DNA from: Isurus oxyrinchus
Taxonomy: Eukaryota
Direction of reading: 5' to 3'
Assembly: GCA_026770705.1 (NCBI GenBank)
Contig: JANJGN010000034.1
Span: 3,286,001 to 3,350,000, forward strand
DNA length: 64,000 nucleotides
A program made the translations under genes and the position numbers. Below the pieces are notes generated by a model. It was not told the origin of the DNA. It ran no database searches and saw only the letters and a program-made list of their open reading frames with translations. This document shows, piece after piece, positions 12,944-24,229 of this stretch (the first letter of the stretch is position 1; every line of letters begins with the position of its first letter).

Positions 12944-13527
12944 GGCACAACCTCATATGGTTGTGATTGTTGGAGGTCAGTGATCTGCAAAACTCTATCA
13001 CTACAGGAGTTCGAATGGACACTTTCCTAAACAGAATAATATTGTGAGTACCATCAAGGACGTTCAATCAGTCATAACTTCAGAAATTCTTATGCATGCC
13101 AATATTCACAGTGTTCATTCAGCTCCTCAAATAAGTCAGCAGTAGGTGGTCACGTGGAACAAGTCATGGACAGGGTTACATCTGTGCCTGTTAGGTGACC
13201 AGCAAAAGTCGTACCTTACCACTGTCAAGTAATTATTTTCCCCAACAAGATAAGTCTAACAAACACTCCTTGATATCTATTGCATTATTGGCAAGAAACC
13301 TGATAAAATATGCCACACTAGTTACAAAATCAGGTAACATTCTTGATATTTTAAGGTGAGAAGCAATCCTCTTTATTTTCGAAATCTGGTGCACGATCAA
13401 GAAATTAGATTTCAAGAAGGGTCTCCAATTGCCTTTCAATGAAATCAGGCCCAACAACACTAAGTAATCTATAGAAAACCAAAGTCAAAACAGCCCATTT
13501 GTTCGACACTGACCTTCGCCATTATAT

Positions 13528-13740
13528 GGTCTGGCAGCATCGGCGGAGAAGAAAAGAGTTGACGTTTCGAGTCTTCATGACCCTTCGACAGAACTGATCC
13601 CAAGTTCTGTCGAAGGGTCATGAAGACTTGAAACGTCAACTCTTTTCTTCTCTGCCGATGCTGCCAGACCTGCTGAGTTTTTCCAGGTAATTCTGTTTTT
13701 GTTTTGGATTTCCAGCATCCACAGTTCTCTTTGTTTTTAT
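13528..13740. mobile_element. Penelope-derived short insertion with inverted terminal segment (68-bp hairpin)
   Basis: Arms 13528-13595 and 13603-13670 are 66/68 complementary around a 7-nt loop. Exact 13-bp TSD ttcgccattatat at 13515-13527 and 13741-13753. Confidence 0.93.
13603..13641 (+). ncRNA. Minimal hammerhead-ribozyme-like motif (variant core CUGUCGA)
   Basis: AGUU-CUGUCGA-A-GGGUC(AUGAA)GACUU-GAAA-C-GUC-AACU has stem I, stem II and a GUC cleavage triplet. Further copies lie on the minus strand at 13557-13595 and 11837-11875. Confidence 0.55.
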
Positions 13741-15939
13741 TTCGCCATTATATATTCACGCAATCCACCAGGGGTCCATTTAGAATTTAATTCCACCTGT
13801 CTGCAATTCGCACAGCGGAAATACGGCAGTGTTCATTGGACAGCAAATGTTGGAGCTTGGGCCTCAATGACCTCGAGGGACAAGTGCAGCAGGCTCATTG
13901 AATCGTCGCCCTCTCTAAGCTTCACACCGCCATGGTTTGGAAATGTGTCATGATTTCTTCATCCACACTGGTCAAAATTCCAATACACCGGGAGCTGAAC
14001 TGGAGTAACAATATCACCACGAGTAGCACGTCTTTCGTAGACTGTGGCTCCGAGCAAACTCATAGCATAAGTATGGCTTGCAAATTTTATACTGGCAAAT
14101 GAAGAACAAAATCACTGTAAGGCCTTTAGACATACCTCAATCCGATCACTTCTCTTTACATGAATTAAAGGTGAAAGATCCACAGTTTTTCTTTCTCCCT
14201 AGCAGAGCAAGCTCTATTATTTTAGGACATGGATATTGAAATGCTCTTGAGCACCAAATTTTAGTTGACTTTTCAGATTTTTTTAAAAAAGTACTACTTT
14301 TTCGAAACTTTTGAACAAAGTGTGTAGTTTCATACTCATGCTCAGTCGGCCACCAGGGGTTGTCAAGTTAATCATAATCAGAAGAAGTGGGTTAGGAGAA
14401 TAGCATGAAGTGAAGTAAATACATACTGGATTAGTTACTATGCTGCTAGCGAGCGAAAAAGAGTTGGAAGGTGGAATAATTTGGATTAACAAAATATTTT
14501 TCTTTTTTGCTGTAATGGACACATGCTTCGACATGAGTTAACCGAAACAACCACTGGAAACAAAAAAAAAAAATAGTCGCCTTGATAAGAAATATAATTG
14601 TGTTTTTTATTTTAATTAGCTTTTTCATAAGGCTTGAGTTTTTCTCTGAAATTATTAATATATGAAGATGTTTAGTAAAAATAAAAATACATAAAAAATG
14701 GCTTATTAATAATAATAAGCAAATAAAACAAGGTGTAAACATGATATCGGCTGAATGTCAGATGCAATGATTTAGTGACTGCCCTTTTCGACAATCGAAT
14801 ATCTACATATATTTTGGGTTGTATACCATGTCTCAATTTCTTCAGAATGTATAAGCTGCTCGTGCTTCCTTGAGGCCCTCTATATACTGGAAGTTCATTA
14901 TTTTGTCCTTTACACCTTTATAAAATGTAATCATTCACAGAATCATGTGAAATATAAAGTCATATTTCCCGTGAAGTTACAGCCTTAGAGGCAATTCGTC
15001 ACAAGAGCACATGGCAGGGAATAAGCCCATTTGCTTTTGTTTTCCTGTGTCGGCATTTTGATATTAAGGCTGTTGTGAGCCTTCCTGGTTGCTAAATCTA
15101 CCTTTCTTTATTCATGTGTTTGTGCAATTCATCTTGGACTGTTGCAATAACATTTGTTTTCCCGATTCTCAAGTTCACTCCTTCACATTTAACTGAAATC
15201 TTTTCATAAGTTCTACTCTCGTCCTTTTATCAATTGTGGTATTCTGCATCCCATGGTTACCCCTCCCGTGCTGCCAGTGGAAGGAATATTCTCCAATTTG
15301 TTCTATTAAAATATTCACTTGCAGCTCGCAGCATAGTGAAATAGAACTGACAATCATACAAGCGTTCTTCTCCTTTGTGATGAAAAGTGTGGACTGCGGT
15401 CAATGGTGCATGGTTGGCATTATCGGCTTCGCGCCCACTATGTAAGTTGCACATTGTTGATCTGACTAGAGGCAACTCCCTTAGAATATCGACCAGCGTG
15501 TATAATAAGAAGTGTTAGTATTTCAGCCTTATAAAGTCTTCAACTAATTTTACCAACGTCCACGGTGATTGCAAACTTGGCAGGCCTTACGCCTACCGAA
15601 TGACAGAAACCCTGATTACATTCACCTGTTTCCTATGTCACGGATGCAAAGAAGCATCAGCTGCATGCACAAAACCCATCTATTATCCTACTACTATTAT
15701 CCAAAATAAATGTAGCGCATATAACACATCATGTATTTGCAAACATTTAGTGATCTCCTATGGCTAATGAAACCATATGTAATATCGAGATGAGTGTTGT
15801 GCTCATGTATAACTAGTAAGACTTCATTAATGTGCTTGCTTTTGGCATATGTTATTGCAAGTACATATACCGCGTGGCTTTGTGTCAGTTAGAATACCAG
15901 CCCATCGTTTATGCCAGATAAATTAGGGCGCACATATAC

Positions 15940-15966
15940 TTCCTGGTGATTTTATTTTTGGTCATG
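15940..15966 (-). pseudogene. Candidate 27-nt microexon with in-frame TGA in phase 1
   Basis: ggtttgttttag|CATGACCAAAAATAAAATCACCAGGAA|gtatat reads (x)*PKIKSPG. It is open if read in phase 2. Confidence 0.3.
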
Positions 15967-16609
15967 CTAAAACAAACCTGTTGTCTCGTCCAAAACACTG
16001 CTTCCTAACAAATGCATACAGAAAATCGGCAAATATAGTTAAAGCATATTGTGGGGAATAGCGCTAGAAAGCAAGCCGTGAAATTGTTCCCTGACTCCGT
16101 GGCTACCCACAATCATCTTAGTGAAATGCAGTATTTTGGCTGTCATGACGAAAGAATAGCGTTAAATTGATGCATATGACGTGAAGGTGGCACTTCTGAA
16201 TTACTGCTCTCATGCACCTGCGCCTATATACATTCCACATTTGAGGAGATCGAGTTTTTGGGAGTTGCTGCCATATAATGCTGATGTCGATGGTGCGCAT
16301 TGCTTACAAGAGATCACATTATGTCATCCTGACTTGAGTGAGTGAACGTTTGGCTTATTTTAGCATTTTTTGAGTAAGTGAAATGTATCTTCTGACTCTT
16401 AATTTACTTGGAGGTATCAAAATTAATTATAGAGCCCTGTTCAATTAACTCCGCTGTTTGAGGGACCAGTGGGGATGTGTGTGCGAGATTTTGCCTAAAC
16501 AGATGTCTTGTTTTATGTTTAGTGTTTGATATTTTAATTGTTATTATTCTATCATGGGATATGGAATTCACTGGCAAAACAAACATTTGTTCCAGATCCA
16601 TAATCGCTC

Positions 16610-16800
16610 CTTGAACTGAATGGCTTCGTGGTTATTTCAGGAGGCCGTTAAGAGTCACCCATGAAGCTGTGGACATGGAGCCACATGTAGACCCTACATG
16701 GTAATGATGGCCGATTTCGTCCCCTAAAGGGCATCAGTGACCGGTGGGTTTTAACAACATTCGATGATGGTTGTCATGGCTACCATTTCTGAGACTAGCT
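16610..16800 (-). mobile_element. tRNA-derived SINE fragment
   Basis: ttaagagtcacccatgaagctgtggacatggagccacatgtag.. is the same family as 8810-9113. Confidence 0.7.
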
Positions 16801-17150
16801 TCAAACGATAGTGGGCAGTTCCCTTCTCTTTTAGTGTAATCTCAAGTCGAGCAATTCCACTGAAGGTCACCGTGAATGCATGATCCCCGGTTCGTTTACG
16901 GAGCAACATGTCACTTTTGAATTGCTGCTCTGACCTAGAACAATCCTAATTCCCAAGAAACTGCATTGTTTCCTCCTGAAATGTCAGTCGAAGCACGAGT
17001 TAATTTTATTAACCTGTTGTAAATGTCTCTAGCGCCATTATATTCGTTTCTCCCCTCTATATGCTCCCGCATCTGTACATGCCTTACTAAATCATGAGAC
17101 CTGAGCCGCCGTCAATCCAATATAACTGGAAGGATGTTCACATTTATTAC

Positions 17151-17186
17151 CTTTAGAATTGATTTGTTCTGTTAGTCTTGCTATTT
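17151..17186 (-). CDS. 36-nt phase-1 microexon, (E)IARLTEQINSK
   Basis: tttctcccattgctttccttcag|AAATAGC...CTAAAG|gtaata. Heptad-like, and the same size and start as exon 60779-60814. Confidence 0.65.
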
Positions 17187-17272
17187 CTGAAGGAAAGCAA
17201 TGGGAGAAATATGTAAATTATTTTCAGGTTAAGTATCTCGATTATTACTGATTTTTCTTTATCGTAATTTAC

Positions 17273-17284
17273 CTGTTTGTACTG
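17273..17284 (-). CDS. Candidate 12-nt phase-1 microexon, (x)VQT
   Basis: ttctgattgatttag|CAGTACAAACAG|gtaaat, with an 86-nt intron to the next exon. Confidence 0.4.
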
Positions 17285-19284
17285 CTAAATCAATCAGAAC
17301 CAGTCCCAATTAAGTTTTGTCACCTATTTCTAATGTACGAAATCTGTCTCAAGACTTTCAAAGTTTTGTGGTGGGAAGTGCCTAGGTGAGTGGTATATCA
17401 TCTTATACATTGACAATATATTAATTTCACACCAAAAGTAAGAGAACTGTCAATTGCCTGTCATTGAAAATCAAGTTTATTGTATTGATGCATTGAAGGT
17501 TGTCAATCTTGGGAAAGGACCTGCGTGTAAATGAATTTGATCAACATTGAAGGAAGACAACGATCATCACTGGATTCTTAAAATGACCTGTTGTTAAATG
17601 TTCTGTAATAGTCTTCATTCCAATGATTTGATTGAGCGGTCTTTCATGAGCCCTGGGTGAATCAAAATTTGTTCATGTTCTGTTCCATCTACATATGTGA
17701 CCTCAAGATTTGAGATCTCCTAAGGTGGTTGTGATTGCGTATATAATCGTGGTTATTATCATTGATAATAATAGGTATCAACTTTCCCTTAGGAGATTTG
17801 TGAACATCTAACTTCAATGCTCTGAATGGTTTCATTTTGAGAAATTGGTTATCTTTATGTGCAATCTTTGTTTATTAAAAACTACACAGGGGATGATAAA
17901 GTGCCGTTTGCGAAGCGTGTTGCCAAAGTCACTTCCACCCTTCAACATTGCATTGGGAAACAAAAAAATGTCCTAGATTTCGCGTTCAAGGCTTGGAGTG
18001 TGACGATCACTCGTCCACTTTCTGATAGACTAAGCAAGAACGATATACTCTGAGATGCTGCCAGGCTGACGCAGCCTCTCTGCAGCCCAGTGTGCCCTGT
18101 GCTCATTGCACACTCACAGGTGTTATCTTGTATCGAATTCAACCTAATGGATTGACAGTAGTCGTGAAAACTTCAACAGGAACAGAAATGCAGCAGGCAC
18201 CATTATTATTCACATTCCGACCTATCGATTAAATCAAAATAATTTAAATTGGTTTCCCACAGGCACGAAAAGTAAACCGTATCATTTTCCGAGACTTTCA
18301 AATAGCCCTGTTATGCATACAGACTAAAGAGGACTGCAACAGATTTGAGTATCCAACTTGCCCTATTTCCAAGGCTTTGCAAAAGTGGATTCAGCCGCCC
18401 AGTGATTTTACGTGGAAAGTTTTCATGGAGTCTGCAAAGTAATGTAAGCGTTTCGTTCCATGTTACATATCTGCCACCTACCTTCTCTCGACTTGATCTG
18501 TTCATCTAGCGCCTCTTATTTCCCATCCACAAGCTCTCGCCGAGCTTTGCTCACTTTGCATTTATCCAGATTTCTGCTCTCTCTGAATCCTGCCCTCTTC
18601 AATCACCGGATAGCCTCTGCTTCATTGTTGTTTTCTCCTTCCTTTGCCTTCCCCATGCCAATTCCATGCCAAGAGTAGATGGAATATATATTGAAAATCT
18701 GGAATGCATATCCCACTGATTTCTGTGATCAACGTGATATTTCTGTTTCAATCGTTTTAAACTAACAGGAAGTTTCATGGTATCAGTATCAAACAACATT
18801 GTAACTTATATGGGGGGACCATGAGCGTGAAACCGCTTGAAGAAGGTTCGTTCAACAACAAACATCAACTGTTCAAGAAGTGCTGCCATAACTGACAAAG
18901 GGGGGAAAAACAAAAGGATTCAATCACTTTCACATCTTAGGTGCTGTGCAATGCTTCTCACGTTATTTTGGGTATCAGCCTGATAGAGTGTTTAAATCAA
19001 TCAAGTGGTTGATTCTCACATTTCATTTGGGTGATGCGAAATGGAAATGACGCGAAAGGGAAGCTGGATACGCGCATGTGGTTTGTGAAGATGAGTGGTG
19101 ACTATAATCAAACTTAATATTCGTATATTTTGTCATCAATGGAAGTAAATATTGGGCAATGATAATAATAGTTGTCTGATACAGCAGAGCAGCCGCATCC
19201 CAAATGCTCCCACAAAAGGTAAATCATTATTCGTGGTACCTCTTACTTCTGATGAATATGGTTTTGCTCTAATGAAATATTCAC

Positions 19285-19311
19285 CTTTGTCCTTTTCAAT
19301 CATTGCCTTGG
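19285..19311 (-). CDS. 27-nt phase-1 microexon, (x)KAMIEKDK
   Basis: tttcaatttctattttcag|CCAAGGCAATGATTGAAAAGGACAAAG|gtgaat. Confidence 0.65.
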
Positions 19312-20170
19312 CTGAAAATAGAAATTGAAATAGAATTTTACGCTTTTAGGCGTTTAACAATACATTCTGGGTAGCTGCATATTTTGAACAATATATCGTC
19401 ATTTACATTGTGCTTTAAAATGCGTTTTCAATTTTTACAGCAATCAGAAACTGCCAAGCCATTGTTTTCGCAAAGAAGCTGTCAAATCTGAGCCCGAGGT
19501 CAGTTTTCGTCCATGTACGTTTGCACTTCTGCAACAGTGCATGCGGTCTCCCAGTCTCAGCTCACCTGCTGCAGAAAATTTGAGTAATCGTTTCGATCCC
19601 ACAAGAGGTGTCTTTTGCAAATCACTCCTGGCTGATCTAGCACATTCCACGCTCAGTAAACATGAACTCCTCCAAAACTGTGCTGAACATGTAGTTAGCA
19701 CCACGTTGCTTGTCCCACCTTTGTGTTCACTTACGTATTTTTGGCTCCTGGTTCCATAGCGGCATGAGTTAAACAACATATTCTTCATATATTTTGTATT
19801 CATTCTATAACCTAATGCCTGCACATCTCTCCGCTCTGCTCCAGCCATACAATATTGCGGAAGGTCTGCAACAATGTAAGCCAGTCACCTTCATTTCACC
19901 CTCGTTGAATAACTGCAAAGTTGCCTTCGGTTTGAGTGTCTGTTTGATTAATTCGCTCCCTCAGACTGTCTGCCCCCTACCCTGATGGAAAGTTTAGTAA
20001 ATTCCTTTCAAAACACTTTCTTTCACTAAAAGCAGATCACAAGACTTAATATTTTCTTCAGTTTTCTGTTGTCGTGTTTTGCAATTAATTGATTGGCTGG
20101 GGAAATGTGACGTCATGGTTCGACAAAGATATGTTGAAGGTAACTGAAAGATCTTCCTGCTCGTTTGTAC

Positions 20171-20197
20171 CTGCGTCTTGAAGAAGTTTGTCAAGAC
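20171..20197 (-). CDS. 27-nt phase-1 microexon, (x)LDKLLQDA
   Basis: ttctgtttcattttgaag|GTCTTGACAAACTTCTTCAAGACGCAG|gtacaa. Paralog of 4678-4704. Confidence 0.7.
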
Positions 20198-21039
20198 CTT
20201 CAAAATGAAACAGAACCACGGGAGAACAAAATGGGGGTTAACAATGGTGACAGGAAGAAAAACATAACACCCACAACTGTAAACTTCCAGCCCTGAAGCT
20301 CGCAGTTCTGCTAAAATTGGATCTAATGAGAAGGCTCGAAAAAATAAGAAATACGAAGTAACAGTGAAGATATAGCTATGATTTTAAATTAAGGATACAG
20401 GGTATGTAAAAAAAACCTTCCAAGGCATCCTCACAACATTTGATGAGTATTGAAATTAGCACATGAAACACAATCATTTACAGTGCAATAAAGCCAAGTG
20501 CGGGAAAATGGGATTATAATAGGTGCTTGGCGACCTGTACGGACATAATGGGCCGAACAGCCAGTTTTTGTACTGTATAAATCTATGACTCTAAGAGAAA
20601 AAAAAACATAATATGATATATAATGGAATGTAAGGCATAATTGTGTATAAAAATAAGTAGAAAATTGAAATGGTGAAGTGCCGGGTTGCATCGTAGGGTA
20701 TCATAAGAGCAATGTGCAGTGATTTCAAAAATCTTAATTTTAACTTCTGGAAAGTCTCTTGATTGTGGTTTTGTAGAAGAGATTTTGAAAATAATACATT
20801 TTTCACTATTTCTTAAGTCTGGGGGAGGAGGGGTGGGAGGGGTGCAGAAAAGATATGAATTCGAATTGTAGGTGTTCCAATATCTCTAGTGAGAAAGTTA
20901 CTACAATTTACGGTCAGAAACAGAGCGATTTTGCGTTCAATAAATTATGACAGTCAGCAATGATTACTGAATGCTGCAGGTTGCGTCTCTTTTATTAGTT
21001 AGGTTTTTAAGCAGACTGTTAACAAGGCCGGCTCCTTAC

Positions 21040-21072
21040 CTAACTCGCTTTCATACTTTGTTTAATAAAGAT
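21040..21072 (-). pseudogene. 33-nt exon with premature stop, (x)LY*TKYESEL
   Basis: aatttcacag|ATCTTTATTAAACAAAGTATGAAAGCGAGTTAG|gtaagg. All three frames contain a stop. Confidence 0.5.
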
Positions 21073-21329
21073 CTGTGAAATTCCTTGGGAGGTTGCATGA
21101 CTTTATTGTTGCTTTAAAATATAAACTGCCTTTGTTCTCATCCTTTAAATGTTGAGCACACACAATAGCAGAAGATATTCGGTTATGTCTAACTGAAAAT
21201 ATTTTTGAGAAAAATGGCCACACCAGCAATTGGCTATTGCAGGCGGAAGGAAGGGTATGTGTGTGCATCTGTTGAGAACGGGGGGTGGGTGCGGGAAATG
21301 AGGTGAGGAGGCGGAGTCGGTGGGGTTTG

Positions 21330-21645
21330 TGTGCGGTGGGTTTGAGGTATTGTAATTCGACGAGTAACCCAGAGAGCCAGTGTAATGCTCTGCGGACCTG
21401 GAACGAATTCAATGAAAAAAAAATGCAATTAAAATTCATTCTGATGATGACCAGGAACCCATTGATGATGGTTGTGAAAAACCATCTGGTTTACAAATCA
21501 CCTTTAGGAAAGGAAATCGGCCGCCCTTACATGGCCTGCATGTGTTTCGTGGCCCACAACAATGTGGCTGACCTTAAAGATGGGCAATTTGGGACGAGGA
21601 ATAAATGCTGGCTTAGCCAACGAAGCCCACATCCTATGAACGGAT
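21330..21645 (+). mobile_element. tRNA-derived SINE with LINE-derived 3' tail
   Basis: Ends in aataaatgctggcttagccaacgaagcccacatcc, matching the LINE end at about 29090-29135. Confidence 0.8.
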
Positions 21646-21839
21646 GTGTATTAGGGAAAAAAAGTATGGCTGGGAGACTTTACACTCCCGAAGCCAATGG
21701 GACGTTTAGCAAATTATTTTTGGCCTATGGGGAAAGCACCTGGGTGTGAGATATATTCGTAGGACTTTCAGAGAGGCGGGTACTTTTTGATGTTTGCAAG
21801 GCAAATATTTATGATGCAGCACTATATTTTCATTATGCA

Positions 21840-21841
<2 letters not shown>

Positions 21842-21877
<36 letters not shown>
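21842..21877. repeat. (AT)n microsatellite
   Basis: Uninterrupted AT dinucleotide run. Confidence 0.95.
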
Positions 21878-21879
<2 letters not shown>

Positions 21880-22666
21880 AACGATTATACAATTATAGCT
21901 CATTATATATGATGTTTCTCGCGGATCATGGCAGTATTACAGATCGTTAGACATGATGGTGATTGAGAATCACTGTACTATTTGAGAGTACTACTTATTT
22001 TATTTAATCACATTTAATAGCATTACTAATAATGTCAACATGTGCATTGCATATACGTATATATGTGTGTGTATAGGTGTTGTATCAAATAGGGACACGT
22101 GGAAATCTCTTAGAAACAACAGATTTACAATGCCAGTATTTTCTTAATGGCAAGACAGTAGAAACTATGCAAAAGAAGGGGTATGGTTGTTCCTATTAGT
22201 TAGAAGCCTATTTATATTGGAGCGAAAAATCATTCCATGGTCATGGATTTCACGAGCAAGCCAATAACCGTTTACACATTTCAGCTTGCCTTTGAGGTTT
22301 CAGCCGCCATTTTTAATCAGAAATATTTGTGCTACGTTTTTTCTCTACTAGGAGTGCGAGCCGTGAAGGTGTTTCAGAATTTCAACTCACCAATAATGAA
22401 GGAAAAGTAATATATCTTCCCATTCGTATTGTGTACGACAAGGAGGGTAAGGAGCGTGTGCATTTCTCTAGTGTCTTCTAAACCTATCCTTTTAAACTGA
22501 AGAGGGTGCAGGCTTGTGAGGTAGCATCGAAGCAGCCTTGGCGATTTGAAAATGCGTTATTATAGGTGGCGCGCACTGAAGTCAGTTAGTGGGAAGGAAT
22601 TGTATTTTACTGCAGCTGTATTTAAAATTCCTACCTCAGGCAACAGAACGGCTCGCTGCAACTTAC

Positions 22667-22910
22667 GGCCCCGCTGGGGCGCGATATGCCGTACAATTCT
22701 GGGCAAGGTCTGCTTTAGTGGGTAGTGCGCTTTTTCAAACGGAACATTTTTTGTTCCTGTATTGTGGCGACTTTTCTTGACCTTTGCCGTCGCTAAAGCA
22801 AGTGGATAGTCTTCCATTGTACTCTTGAAATGTGTCTTCGGGATCATGGAAGCGCTTTGGCGAGGAAGAATGTCTGCTTCTAGCCACAGAAAGGCGTTAT
22901 CTGCCTTGCA
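22667..22910 (-). CDS. Candidate 244-nt exon (CKADNAFLWLEADILPRQ...IAPQRG), CpG-rich
   Basis: actttaccag acceptor and GGCC|gtaagt donor; open from phase 0 to phase 1 (ORF 22560-22847). No family recognised. Confidence 0.3.
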
Positions 22911-23166
22911 CTGGTAAAGTTATGTTTCTGGGATATATATGTCAATCATAACGAAAAAAGAATGCTTCAGATTAAATATGTTGCCATGCAAAAGTTTGCC
23001 CCCAATATATCCACGCTGTGGCTTTTAATGATGATAATGTGATTGGATATCACGTCTTATTCATTGATTTTTTCCTTGCCTCGATCACCATTCCTTTCTT
23101 GAGTGTTATTTGTCTTTTATTAGTTCGAATGTCCTGAAGTCCTTGTTGCATGTGATCCCGTCTTAC

Positions 23167-23196
23167 CTGATAAGCTGAATTTGGAACTAAAGGTTT
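23167..23196 (-). CDS. 30-nt microexon (phase 1 xTFSSKFSLS, or phase 0 KPLVPNSAYQ)
   Basis: ctttttatttgttggtgatag|AAACC...TATCAG|gtaaga. Confidence 0.5.
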
Positions 23197-24229
23197 CTAT
23201 CACCAACAAATAAAAAGGCTAAAGCAATGACATTTTTTTCGCAAAGAAACTAAGATATCGAAATAAAAAGGTAAATCAATCCTTCATTGGTAAAGAAATG
23301 TCTACTGACGCCACGTTTAGTTTGGCCATGGCGAGCAAGGCTGACATACTGAACTTCAAGCGTTACACTAGCGATTTATCGGTATAATAGCAACGCGTCA
23401 GTGATCACTTGTGAACTTATTGCTTATATTTAAAATGCATTCCTTTGAATTTTAAAGGTCTATATTGCGTGATCGGATCCACAGATTTAACGGGATTAAA
23501 TAAATTGGTAGGCGAGATACGGGAAATCATTTCTCATTGGAAGATGAGACGATCGGCTTGCCATATCAAAATTCGGATGGAGTTGCAATGGGGAAATGCC
23601 GACTTACGCATAAGGGAGTGGAAATCTATTGCTGTCTCTTCAAAAGTGCTGTGATTGATGGATACAGTTGAAGTTTTGAAGAACGACAACGGTCGAATTT
23701 AATATATATCGTAATCAAGGAATGTGGAACTCCAGCAGGTCAATAGATTTGATGTGTCTTTCCTGCGTCATCTAAATTAACAGACTACATTTAGTGTAGA
23801 CTAAATCAGATGAAACGGTTAAGTTTGTCGTATGGTATATCTTATCAGTCTGATATACCAGTTCTAATTTCCTACTTAACATAGAGATCTTTTATCTAAA
23901 ATACATATGAGATATTGTGCACGCCTGCCCATTCAAATTATCTTCCATTCTGTAGTGTACCTGCTTCATGTGCAGATATGAAACGCTCTGCAAAACAAAA
24001 CATAAGAATGATTATTAACAAAGCGGCACGGTTGGAGTGGGAGGCACCAAGTTATAGACATCAGTCGATTAAGGTGAGTATGTTTGTATTTGTGTTTGTG
24101 CGTGTGTCTGGTTGCCAGTGTGCCTACGTCTGGCTATGTATGTGTACGTTTTTGCTTGTGTGCGTGCTTGTGTGTTTATGTTGGCAGGTGCCATAAAAGC
24201 TCCAATCTTTAGTGATTGAAAAAAAAATG

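Larger units (their letters stand above)
11480..14100 (+). mobile_element. Old CR1/L2-group LINE (RT and 3' part) hosting two Penelope insertions
   Basis: gtggcatcaag..ggagtcaa..atggttgtgattgttggaggtca continues across the 11774-12943 insertion. Same family as 27010-29140. Confidence 0.7.

Noticed and set aside
18482-18700. Exon-like segment ending EQIKSRE|gtaggt
   Set aside because: It has two in-frame stops and no nearby pyrimidine-rich acceptor. It may be an old LINE remnant.
19185-19498. Plus-strand exon-like pairs (19185-19218 and 19441-19498)
   Set aside because: They interleave with better-supported minus-strand exons, and no plus-strand series supports them.
22895-22920. YQCKADN resembling an Ig F-strand
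   Set aside because: There is an in-frame stop just upstream, and no B-strand Cys or C-strand Trp.
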